Shown here piece after piece: positions 42,061-51,050 of a DNA stretch of 64,000 bases. Numbering within the stretch: the first letter of the stretch is position 1; every line of letters begins with the position of its first letter. Under the pieces are notes generated by a model. That model did no database searches. It saw only the letters and a program-made list of their open reading frames with translations, and had not been told where the DNA came from. Source of the stretch: Polyangiaceae bacterium (GTDB lineage: Bacteria > Myxococcota_A > Polyangia > Polyangiales > Polyangiaceae); contig JBGANF010000021.1 of assembly GCA_044222475.1 (NCBI GenBank), positions 17,763 through 81,762 of the forward strand, in the 5' to 3' direction. The position numbers were made by a program, and so were the translations under genes.

Positions 42061-45000
42061 GTTCCCACCTCCTTCGCTGCGGTCTCGTCCTCGATGTCGA
42101 TGCCGCACACCTCCGCCAGCGGTGTTCCGGTCCGGAGCGCGCGTTTGAGCTGCGAATATCGCCAATAGGTGTAGACGACCGGGATGAGCTCGAGGGTGAG
42201 GAACGCGCTCGACAGGAGCCCACCGACCATCGGCGCGGCGACGCGCTTCATGACGTCTGCGCCGCTCCCCTTCGCCCAGAGCAGCGGGACGAGGCCGATC
42301 AGCATGGTACCGACCGTCATGAGCTTCGGTCGCACGCGCAGGACGGTACCCTCGGTGTGCGCGTGGATGATGTCCTCCAAGCTTCGGAGGCGTCCCTCGC
42401 GGACGCGCCGCAGGAAGGCGTGGTCGATGTAGACGATCATGACGACGCCCGTCTGCGCCGAGAGGCCGACGAGTGCGATGACCCCGACCCAAACCGCCGT
42501 CGAAAGTCGATAGTCGAGGAGGTACATGAGCCACACGCTCCCCACGAGCGCGAACGGGATCGAAAGGAACACGATCAGCACCTCGGTGGCGTGTTTGAAT
42601 TGGAGGTAGAGGAGCAATGCGATGATCACGAGCGCGACCGGGACCAAAATCGCCATCCGGGCGTGCATCTCTTCGAGGAGCTCGTACTGCCCCGTCCACT
42701 TCAAGTACATTCCCGACTTCATTGGGAGGTCGCCTCTCGCACGCGCCGCCTCCACTGCGCGCTTCGCGTCCGTGACATAGCCGCCCTGGTCGCGCCACGG
42801 CTCCGTGTCCACGTAGACGTAGCCGACGAGCATTCCGGCCTCGTCGCGAAGCATCGGCGGGCCCTGGCTCACCTTGACGTCGGCGACTTCGCCGAGGGGG
42901 ATGAGGCGAGTACTCGCGCCATCACTGGGCAGCATCACGAGTGCCTCACGTAGCTCTTCGGGCGACGAGCGAAAGTCCTCCTTGTAGCGGACGTTGACGC
43001 CGTATCGGCGGCGGCCGTCGACGGTCACCGAGATCGGTTGTCCGCCGATGGCGCCCTCGATCATCGATCCGACGTCGTCGATCTGAAGCCCGTAGCGAGT
43101 GAGCGCGTCGCGCCTAGGCACGACGTCGACGTAGCTTCCCCCAAGAGTCCTTTCATAGAGCGCGCTTCGTGTTCCCGGCACGGTCCTCATCACCGCCTCC
43201 AGCTTGACGCCGGCTTCCTCGATCGAGGCGAGATCCGACCCGAAGATCTTGATCCCGACGGGGGTTCGGACCCCTGTCGAGAGCATGTCGACCCGCGCCT
43301 TGATGGGCATCGTCCACGCGTTGGTCCATCCGGGTTGCTGGATCGCGGCGTTCAGCTTGGCGATCAGCTCGTCACGCGTTTCGGGCTGCTCCTCGGGCCA
43401 CGCGAGGGCGAGGGCGCGGCGTAACCAGCTCGGCGCCCAGCCCGAGTACCAGCGATCGTGGTGAACGATCGGCCAAGTTGCGACGGGCTGGAGCTGCACC
43501 ACGGTCTCGACCATCGACAACGGTGCCGGATCGGTCGGCGATTCCGAGCGACCGATCTTGCCGAACACGCTCTTCACCTCGGGAAAGCGGCGCAGCGCGG
43601 CGTCCTGGAGCTCGATCTGGCGCTTGCCCTCCTCGATGGAGATGTTGGGCAGTGTCGTGGGCATGTAGAGGAGATCACCTTCGTCGAGGGCCGGCATGAA
43701 CTCGGTCCCGAGTCGCAGGTACAACGGTACCGCCGAAGCGACGAAGAAGAGCCCGATGGCGAGGGTCGTGAGGGGCCTGCGGAGCGCCACGTAGACGAAA
43801 GGCTCGTAGACGCGCCGGATCATCCGCGAGATCGGGTGATCCTTCTCGCTGCGGATCTTTCCCTTGAGGAGGATGTCTCGTAGCGCAGGGGCGAGCGTGA
43901 CGCTGAGGATGGCCGCCGAGACCATGACGAACGTCTTCGTGAACGCCAGTGGCTTGAAGAGTCGGCCAGCTTGGCCGTTGAGCCCGAAGACGGGGAGGAA
44001 CGAGACGGCAATGATGAGGAGTGAGAAGAAGATGGCCGGAGTGACCTCGATCGCCGCCTCGTGGAGGAGCCGTGCGCGCTCCTTGAACGTGAGGTTTGGG
44101 CCAGCCGCCTCCAGCTTCTTGTGACACGCCTCGATCATCACGATCTCGGCGTCGACGGTAGCGCCGACGGCGATGGCGATTCCCCCGAGGCTCATGATCG
44201 TGGAAGGGATGCCGAACGCGTACATCGGGATGAAGGAGAGGAGCACTGCTAGCGGCATGCTCACCGCGGGAAGGAGCGCGCTCCGGAAGTGCATGAGGAA
44301 GATCAGGATGACGAGCGCGACCGTGATCCCTTCTTCGATGAGGACGTGCTTCAGGGTGTCGATGGAACGTTCGATCAGCGAGCTCCGATCGTAGGTCGGG
44401 ACGATCTCGACCCCTTCCGGGAGGCCAGGTCGTACCTCGTCCAGGCGCGTCTTCACGCGGCCGATGACGTCGAGAGAGTTCTCGTTGTAGCGCGCGATGA
44501 CGATCGCCCCTGCGGTCTCGCCTTGGCCATCCAGCTCGGCGAGCCCGCGCCGGATGTCGGGCCCGAATCGAACCGTCGCGACATCGCCGACGCGGACGGG
44601 GGCGCCGCTCGCCGAGTCCGCACGGATCGACACCTGCTCGAGATCGCCCAGATTCTCGAGGTATCCTCGTCCTCGAATGAAGTATTCGCGCCCGCTCATC
44701 TCGAGGACGCGTCCGCCGACCTCGACGTTGGAGCGCCGCACGGCGCTCGCTACGTCGTCGAGGGAGAGCCCGTACGCGCGCAGCTTCTCCGGATCGACCG
44801 TGACCTGAAACTGTCTCTCGTACCCGCCGACGCTCGCGACCTGCGCGACTCCAGGCACGCTCTCGAGCGCATAGCGGAGGTTGAAGTCTTGGAGGGTGCG
44901 GAGCTCGGCGAGGTCGTGCTTGCCGCTCTTGTCGACGAGCGTGTACTCGTAGACCCACCCGACGGACGTCGCGTCCGGCCCGAGCGTCGGCGTGACCCCA

Positions 45001-45368
45001 TCCGGGAGTCGACCCTCGAGCGACTTCATGTACTCGAGGACACGCGAGCGTGCCCAGTAAACGTCGGTGCCCTCGTCGAAGATCACGTAGACGAACGACA
45101 TCCCAAACATCGAGTAACCGCGCACCGCGTGGACCTTCGGTGCAGCGAGGAGCCTGCTGGCGATTGGATACGTGATCTGGTCTTCGACGAGCGTCGGCGA
45201 TCGCCCTTTCCACTCGGTGAACAAGATCACCTGAGGGTCGGAGAGGTCGGGAACGGCGTCGAGCTGGATGTTCCGGAGCGCTTGCGCAGCGCCGATCGAG
45301 GCCATGACGTAGAACGCGATCACGAGCCAGCGATGACGAGCGCACGCGTGGATGAGCTTGGCGATCAT
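42057..45368 (-). CDS. cusA: CusA heavy-metal RND permease (intact)
   Basis: PDLSDPQV, GPDATSVGWVY, GDLLYMPT, PAPLSMVET, RVDMLSTG, RVRPKLMT. Confidence 0.95.
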   Translation of the reverse strand: MIAKLIHACARHRWLVIAFYVMASIGAAQALRNIQLDAVPDLSDPQVILFTEWKGRSPTLVEDQITYPIASRLLAAPKVHAVRGYSMFGMSFVYVIFDEGTDVYWARSRVLEYMKSLEGRLPDGVTPTLGPDATSVGWVYEYTLVDKSGKHDLAELRTLQDFNLRYALESVPGVAQVASVGGYERQFQVTVDPEKLRAYGLSLDDVASAVRRSNVEVGGRVLEMSGREYFIRGRGYLENLGDLEQVSIRADSASGAPVRVGDVATVRFGPDIRRGLAELDGQGETAGAIVIARYNENSLDVIGRVKTRLDEVRPGLPEGVEIVPTYDRSSLIERSIDTLKHVLIEEGITVALVILIFLMHFRSALLPAVSMPLAVLLSFIPMYAFGIPSTIMSLGGIAIAVGATVDAEIVMIEACHKKLEAAGPNLTFKERARLLHEAAIEVTPAIFFSLLIIAVSFLPVFGLNGQAGRLFKPLAFTKTFVMVSAAILSVTLAPALRDILLKGKIRSEKDHPISRMIRRVYEPFVYVALRRPLTTLAIGLFFVASAVPLYLRLGTEFMPALDEGDLLYMPTTLPNISIEEGKRQIELQDAALRRFPEVKSVFGKIGRSESPTDPAPLSMVETVVQLQPVATWPIVHHDRWYSGWAPSWLRRALALAWPEEQPETRDELIAKLNAAIQQPGWTNAWTMPIKARVDMLSTGVRTPVGIKIFGSDLASIEEAGVKLEAVMRTVPGTRSALYERTLGGSYVDVVPRRDALTRYGLQIDDVGSMIEGAIGGQPISVTVDGRRRYGVNVRYKEDFRSSPEELREALVMLPSDGASTRLIPLGEVADVKVSQGPPMLRDEAGMLVGYVYVDTEPWRDQGGYVTDAKRAVEAARARGDLPMKSGMYLKWTGQYELLEEMHARMAILVPVALVIIALLLYLQFKHATEVLIVFLSIPFALVGSVWLMYLLDYRLSTAVWVGVIALVGLSAQTGVVMIVYIDHAFLRRVREGRLRSLEDIIHAHTEGTVLRVRPKLMTVGTMLIGLVPLLWAKGSGADVMKRVAAPMVGGLLSSAFLTLELIPVVYTYWRYSQLKRALRTGTPLAEVCGIDIEDETAAKEVGT

Positions 45369-46940
45369 TTAGCGCCAGGGCTTCGGGATGGCGTTCTTGC
45401 AGTCTGCGATCATCTCACCCATGCCCCGATGTTGCTGCTCACAGCGGGTGCAGTCCGCCCACTTGTCGGCGAACTTCGAGCGATCGAAATCGGCGTCGCA
45501 CGCCGACGGCGTTCCCGTCGCGCCTGCGCTGGCGATGGAAGCTCGGAGGCGGCTCTCGGAGTCGATCAGAAACGCCGCGCTCGAGACGACCCTCTCACCC
45601 GCGGAGAGTCCCTCCCGCACCTCGATCCCGTCCGCTGCGACCGAGCTCCCCAACTTGATCACGCGCGGCTGATACGTGCCCTCTCCGCCGTCGAGGAACA
45701 CGTAGGCGACCTGCCCCGTATCGATGACGGCGTCTCGCGGGACGACTACCGCGGTTCGCGGCCTGCGGGAGATGTCGACCGTACCGTACTGCCCGGGGCG
45801 GAGCACGAAGCCCGGATTGGCGAGCTGCATCCTGACCCGGGTCGTCCGTGCTCGGACGTCCAGCTGGGGATAGACGAGATCGACCCTCGATGGATAGGCG
45901 ACCTCCGCCGCTTGCGGATGGTAGGTCGCTTCGGTTCCCACCTCGACCGCTCCGACCTCGCTCTGAAATACGTCGGCGACGACGTATACGCGCGAGAGGT
46001 CGAGGATGTCGTAGAGCGTCGTCTCGGGTTGCGCATACGCTCCCAGCACGACGTCCTTCTTCACGACGAACCCGCCCGATGGTGCGAGCACCGGATACGT
46101 TCGCGAGGGGGTGCGCGTGGCGAGCACCTCGTCGATCGTGTACCCCGGGACGCCGAGCAGCTCGAGACGTCGTCGCGAGGCGGACACGGAGTCCGCGCCG
46201 GCGTCCCCGAAGCGCAGCGCCGCGCACATCTCGGTCTCTGCTTGGTAGACCTCGGGGCTGTAGACGGCGAGGAGCTCCTGGCCAGCGCGCACGAGGACCC
46301 CGGTCTCCCTCACCGAAACTCGCTCGACGAAGCCTGGCGTGCGCACATGGACCTGGGCGGCGGATTGCTCAGGCGCCGCGACCACCGCCGTCACGCGGAT
46401 CGGGCTCGACACCACGCGAGACTCGGCGACCGACGTACGGACGCCGATCGACTGGATCCGATCGAAGGAGAGCTTCACCGGGACGACGTTGGGAGGAGTC
46501 GAACCGGCCGGTGGCCCATCGTCAGAGGCGCTCCGGCTGGTTGTTGCCGCCATACCTCCATCCATCGGCATCGCGTGGCCCGCGTGGGCGGAGTGATCGA
46601 TCGGCGTGGCCGCGTCTTTGGCTGTCTCGCCCGCGTCGTCAGGCGGTTCCACCTCGTCGAATGGAACCAACGTCATGTGGCAAATCGGGCACTCGCCGGG
46701 CTCGTTCGAAACGACTTGCGGATGCATCGGGCAGCGGTACTTCCGCACCGCGACCGCCGCGTCGGCGCCGCTCGCGGCCTGGGCCTGGCCTCGCAGATAC
46801 GACGACCACGACCAGAGCGCGGCGACGATCGATACGGCCACGAGGACCCAGCGGACGGTCCCCATCGTTCGCACACCGGGTGGCGGTGGCTCGGGGGCAT
46901 CGCCCGCGTGGTCGTGGGTCTCTTGCTTGGGTTCGTTCAT
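45369..46940 (-). CDS. cusB: CusB membrane fusion protein with CPMH domain and Cys-rich C-terminal extension
   Basis: YRCPMHP...CPICHMTL, YSPEV, FLIDSESRL, tail CTRCEQQH. Confidence 0.9.
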   Translation of the reverse strand: MNEPKQETHDHAGDAPEPPPPGVRTMGTVRWVLVAVSIVAALWSWSSYLRGQAQAASGADAAVAVRKYRCPMHPQVVSNEPGECPICHMTLVPFDEVEPPDDAGETAKDAATPIDHSAHAGHAMPMDGGMAATTSRSASDDGPPAGSTPPNVVPVKLSFDRIQSIGVRTSVAESRVVSSPIRVTAVVAAPEQSAAQVHVRTPGFVERVSVRETGVLVRAGQELLAVYSPEVYQAETEMCAALRFGDAGADSVSASRRRLELLGVPGYTIDEVLATRTPSRTYPVLAPSGGFVVKKDVVLGAYAQPETTLYDILDLSRVYVVADVFQSEVGAVEVGTEATYHPQAAEVAYPSRVDLVYPQLDVRARTTRVRMQLANPGFVLRPGQYGTVDISRRPRTAVVVPRDAVIDTGQVAYVFLDGGEGTYQPRVIKLGSSVAADGIEVREGLSAGERVVSSAAFLIDSESRLRASIASAGATGTPSACDADFDRSKFADKWADCTRCEQQHRGMGEMIADCKNAIPKPWR

Positions 46941-48262
46941 GGCGTAGCTCCCAGCGCTGCAACCGGGGTTCGTCCCACTCGGGTACCAACGGCCCAGTCC
47001 AGGTCGACGAGCGCGTGCTCGAGGGCGGCGCGCGCATCGATGATGGCGCTCTCGACGTCGACGATTTGGCGCTCCGCGCGCAGTAGGTCGAGCAGGCCCC
47101 CTCTCCCGGATCGATAGGCAGCCAAGGTCGCGTCGAGGGCCTCTCGCGCGGCGGGGAGTTGCCGCCCGCTCAGCACGAGGAGCTTCGCTTCGGCGGTCTT
47201 CACGGCGCCGAAGGCGGTCGCTACATCGATCGAGAGGCGGACGTCGATCGATCCGACCTCGAAACGGGCGGCCTCCGCGAACGTCTCCTCGGCCTCGCGG
47301 CGCCAGGCGTTCCCGCCCCACAGCCAAGGGAGCGTCATTCCGAGAGAGAGGCCGTAGCCATGCTCCGGCATCAGCGTGGTCGGGGCGAAGTACATGATGC
47401 CGAGCGTGAAGGCGGGCAGCAGGGCTTCGCTGCGCGCGGCGCGACTGAAGGCCTGCTGGGCCGCCACCCGCGCTCGTGCAGAGCGAAGGTCCGGTCTCGT
47501 CGTGCGAGCGAGCGCGAGGAGGGCCTCGGCTCCATCTTTCACGGTGAGGGGGACCGACGGGAGACCTCCGCGAGCGACCGCAGCACCTGCGGGGCGGACC
47601 AGAAGGCCGTTCAAAACCGCACGCGCGCGGAGCCCTGACGCGGCCTGCGCCGCCGCGTCGGCGTCGTAGGTCGCGACATCGACGCGCGCGAGCGTCGCCT
47701 CGGAGAGCGAGGCGCCGGCCGCCTGCCTGGCCACTGCGACGTCTTCGATCTGCTTCGCGAGATCGCGGTGGGCGAGGTGGTTCTCCTCCTTCGCGGTCGC
47801 CTCCTCCACGTCGACGAGCGCGTGGTCGACCTCGCGCACGAGATCGCGCGTCGTGTCTCCGACCATCCCGTCCTCCGCGTTGGCGAGCTCGACGGTACCC
47901 TCTTCGCGTCCGGAGAGCGCGCCGATCGCGGGAAACGTCTGCCGGAGCCCCACCGAGATCATCTGGGAGTCGCCGAACGAAACTGGCCTCACGAAAGGTA
48001 CTTGCCAGATGTCGAAGGAGAGCTCGGGAGGGGGGAGCTTCGCCTCCGCGTGTGCCATCGCTCTCGTCGCGCTCACCCGCTGAGCGCCGGCTTTGAGCGC
48101 GGGGTTGCGCGCGAGCGCGAGCCGAACGGCGGCGTCGCGGTCGAGCTTCGTCGCGACGCCCACTTCGTCGGAGGGAGGATCGTCGGCGTGGGCACGCTCA
48201 GGTCGCGTCGCCATGAAAACGATCGCCAGCAGTCCAGCGAGCGCGAGGCGGCGAGTGCTCAC
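46937..48262 (-). CDS. TolC/CusC family outer-membrane factor
   Basis: GTG 48262, signal peptide, LPPP, TLPWLW, AYRSGRGGLLDLL. Confidence 0.88.
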   Translation of the reverse strand: MSTRRLALAGLLAIVFMATRPERAHADDPPSDEVGVATKLDRDAAVRLALARNPALKAGAQRVSATRAMAHAEAKLPPPELSFDIWQVPFVRPVSFGDSQMISVGLRQTFPAIGALSGREEGTVELANAEDGMVGDTTRDLVREVDHALVDVEEATAKEENHLAHRDLAKQIEDVAVARQAAGASLSEATLARVDVATYDADAAAQAASGLRARAVLNGLLVRPAGAAVARGGLPSVPLTVKDGAEALLALARTTRPDLRSARARVAAQQAFSRAARSEALLPAFTLGIMYFAPTTLMPEHGYGLSLGMTLPWLWGGNAWRREAEETFAEAARFEVGSIDVRLSIDVATAFGAVKTAEAKLLVLSGRQLPAAREALDATLAAYRSGRGGLLDLLRAERQIVDVESAIIDARAALEHALVDLDWAVGTRVGRTPVAALGATP

Positions 48263-48687
48263 GTCTGCTCCCGCGCGCCGAGGGCGCGAAGTCGGCGTAG
48301 GACCGCAGCGTGACAAGCGTTCTCGCAGTCGTCGACGGGCGCGTTGACCCTGCTCCGGTGGAGGATCTCGATGGACGCCGAGAGCTGTCCCGGAGAGTCT
48401 CGGTAGGCGACCGCGATCGGAAAGTGGACCTCCAAGAACGTCTGCGGGCCGTTCGGGAGCACGTGGTGCACGAGCGCCCGAAGGGTGGAGCGAACGGGCG
48501 GGCAGAGCTCGCAACCGGGAGCAAGAGGGTGGGTCGCGACCGCAGGCGAAGCGAAGAGCTCGATGACGAAACCGATCGGCGTCATCTCAGCCGACCGCAG
48601 CAGTTGGGACGAGTACCGAACCTGATGAGCGCGGACGAGATCTCGCATCGCTTCATCGTCGTCCTCGACGTCGCCTTTCGAGCTCAT
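48259..48687 (-). CDS. Hypothetical cytoplasmic Cys/His protein heading the cus operon
   Basis: GGAGG RBS; HPLAPGCELC and CENACH; GTGA overlap with tolC. Confidence 0.7.
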   Translation of the reverse strand: MSSKGDVEDDDEAMRDLVRAHQVRYSSQLLRSAEMTPIGFVIELFASPAVATHPLAPGCELCPPVRSTLRALVHHVLPNGPQTFLEVHFPIAVAYRDSPGQLSASIEILHRSRVNAPVDDCENACHAAVLRRLRALGAREQT

Positions 48688-48786
48688 CGGGCTCACCTCC
48701 ACTCTCGAACATCAATGCCAACTAGCGCTCATTCGGCCTTTCGTGACCGACCATCGTGCGAAAATCGCCGCGCGACGAGTCTTCCG

Positions 48787-49461
48787 CTATCGCGTGGTCG
48801 GTGCTAGGGCGCGCGCGCGACGGAGGATCTCCGCCGCCGCTGCGTCGTCGTCGCCACGAATCTCCACGCGTAGAGCGCTCGCGGCTTGGGTCACCTTGGC
48901 GCTGGTACCCTTCACCGAGAGAGGGCAGAACGCCATGTCATCCATCGCGAAACCCATCGCAGCGTTCCGCGCCGCGTGGCAAGCGACCATGCGCTCCAGG
49001 TACTCGACGGTAAGCCCGAGCACCGGCCTCATGGTGATGGCGGCGCCTGCGGGGTGCGTCGAGGAGGCGACGAGGGGCTCGACCGCGAGGACGTCGCTCC
49101 TGTGCGCGAACGGACTCTCGTCCCGATCCGCGAGGGCGACGCTTACACACGCCTTGGCCTCGGCGTCGCGAAGGGCCTGCGACGCAGCTCGATGATCGGC
49201 GGCCATCTTGCGGTGGGCGTCCGTCTCGCTGCTCGCATCTCGGGTCCAACACACCCCGTCGAGGGCCGCTTCGTTCGCGCGGACCGATGCACACCGATCG
49301 CGACCGTTGTCGCCGCTCGTTGCCATGTGGTCGTGTGCGCCTGCGGCAGTCGTGTGATCCGTCGCGCTCATGTCGTGTGGATTCGCTCCTGGAGTGGCTG
49401 GAGCTCCGCACGCCGAACCGAGGGTCACCGCCAACGCCGCGAGCATGGATTGGGTCTTCAT
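48787..49461 (-). CDS. Cys/His-containing lipoprotein, paralog of 33108..33788
   Basis: Lipobox GSAC; long blocks identical to the paralog. Confidence 0.8.
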   Translation of the reverse strand: MKTQSMLAALAVTLGSACGAPATPGANPHDMSATDHTTAAGAHDHMATSGDNGRDRCASVRANEAALDGVCWTRDASSETDAHRKMAADHRAASQALRDAEAKACVSVALADRDESPFAHRSDVLAVEPLVASSTHPAGAAITMRPVLGLTVEYLERMVACHAARNAAMGFAMDDMAFCPLSVKGTSAKVTQAASALRVEIRGDDDAAAAEILRRARALAPTTR

Positions 49462-49473
49462 GTGGATGACGTT

Positions 49474-49489
49474 AGCAACCCTCGTGCCG
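49474..49489 (-). promoter_or_regulatory. Putative sigma54 promoter
   Basis: CGGCACGAGGGTTGCT. Confidence 0.65.
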
Positions 49490-49589
49490 ACGAGCGGGTC
49501 TCACGGCATACGCCGGCGATCGAAGGGTGCGTGCACATCATGCACACAAATCGGCAAACGATGCACTTCCAAGTAGTCCCTACACTCGA

Positions 49590-49608
49590 GTGTATCCATC
49601 AGGGTCAC
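49590..49608. promoter_or_regulatory. N7 operator box
   Basis: GTGTATC-CATCAGG-GTCAC between divergent genes. Confidence 0.65.
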
Positions 49609-49640
49609 AGCGTCACATTCTCTTCACTCTAGGCTAGTAG

Positions 49641-50225
49641 GTGAGTCCTCGACGGTCCTCGATGCCTCGTCCGACCAAAGCGCGCCTTCATGTCGGCGAA
49701 CGCGAGCTCGATGCTTGGATGGACCGCCTCGCGCGGGGCGACCGGGAGGCATTCGAACCGCTGTTCCGCGAGCTTCGCCCGCGCGCGCTCCGACTGAGTC
49801 GGCGCGCCGTGATGGGCTCGGAGGCGCCCGACGTCGCGCAGACGATCCTCCTGAAGGTTTTTGCTCGGGCGTCGGACTTCCGGACGGGAGAGCCGGTCCT
49901 ACCCTGGTTCTATGCCATCGCGGCGAATGAGATCCGCACGGTCGCGCGAAAGCTGGCGCGAGCGCGGCGCTTCTCTGCGGACAACGCGGACGTGGAGGCA
50001 CGTCGGGTGGCGCTCGTCGCGCTCACTGCGGAGGATCAGCTCATCCAGCTCGAGCTCCTCCAAGCCCTGGAGGCCGCGGTCGCCGAGCTCGACGGGCCGG
50101 CGGCTGAGGCGATCGGTGGGATGCTGGGTCGAACGGACCTCCCTCGCATCGAGGCCCCCGCATTTCGCAAGCGCGTTTCGCGGGCGTACGCGCGACTCCG
50201 GCGGCTCCTCCGAGGCGTGCGTTGA
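49641..50225 (+). CDS. ECF sigma factor
   Basis: GDREAFEPLF, DVAQTILLKVF, PWFYAIAAN, RKRVSRAYARLR; start may be ATG 49662. Confidence 0.78.
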   Translation: MSPRRSSMPRPTKARLHVGERELDAWMDRLARGDREAFEPLFRELRPRALRLSRRAVMGSEAPDVAQTILLKVFARASDFRTGEPVLPWFYAIAANEIRTVARKLARARRFSADNADVEARRVALVALTAEDQLIQLELLQALEAAVAELDGPAAEAIGGMLGRTDLPRIEAPAFRKRVSRAYARLRRLLRGVR

Positions 50226-50315
50226 CGTCGAGGTTCTTTCTCGGTCACGCCCATCCAGTACCCGGCTAGTAATCACCGTAGGGGTGGGACCAGGAATCGC
50301 CATGGAGTGCTGCAC

Positions 50316-51038
50316 ATGAAAAGACTCTTCTTCTTCACGCTTTCGGTCGCTGTCACCGGCGGGGTGGCTTGCTCGGGTGGCGGTCAAGATCCTGGGCTCG
50401 TCGCCGCTGGCGACGCGAGCACCTGCGACGCCCGTTCTGGAGTCGACAAGGTGACGTGCTACCCCGCGCTCGACGTCGGGATCAACCCGCGCAAGGGGTC
50501 CGTACCTGGAAATCGGATCCAGAACTACAAGTTCGTCGGGTACCCGAACGATGCGTCGGCGACCAAGCTCGACACGAGCAAAGGGACCTCGACCGTCCAA
50601 CTGGCGGACTACTTCGACCCGAAGCGTGAGAAGTACTCCATCATCATCCTCAACGTCGCGGCGCGGTGGTGCGGTCCTTGCGTCCAAGAGACGAATGAGA
50701 TCGTGGGCGGGATCTCGGCGACGTACGGCGCCAAGAAGGTCGTCTTCGTTCAGGCCATCACGGAGGGGCTCGACTACAAGGCGGCCACGCTGGACGACCT
50801 GAACGCATGGGTCGCGGAGCGCGGCGGCAACGCCACCACGATCAACTTCACCTCGATGCTCGACCCCAACCAGGCGAACCTCGGTGCCTTCTTCGACCGC
50901 GCAGCCATCCCGTTCAACGCCGTGCTCGACGCACGCTCGATGGAGATCCTCTACGCCGGCACGGGCGCCCCGCCGGACATCTCCGCGTTTCTGGACAAGT
51001 ACCTCGCGCTCGCTGCGTCGATCACGCCGAAGCCCTGA
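50316..51038 (+). CDS. TlpA-like thioredoxin-fold lipoprotein
   Basis: Lipobox GVAC, WCGPC, IPFN. Confidence 0.82.
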   Translation: MKRLFFFTLSVAVTGGVACSGGGQDPGLVAAGDASTCDARSGVDKVTCYPALDVGINPRKGSVPGNRIQNYKFVGYPNDASATKLDTSKGTSTVQLADYFDPKREKYSIIILNVAARWCGPCVQETNEIVGGISATYGAKKVVFVQAITEGLDYKAATLDDLNAWVAERGGNATTINFTSMLDPNQANLGAFFDRAAIPFNAVLDARSMEILYAGTGAPPDISAFLDKYLALAASITPKP

Positions 51039-51050
51039 TTCGACGAGAGC

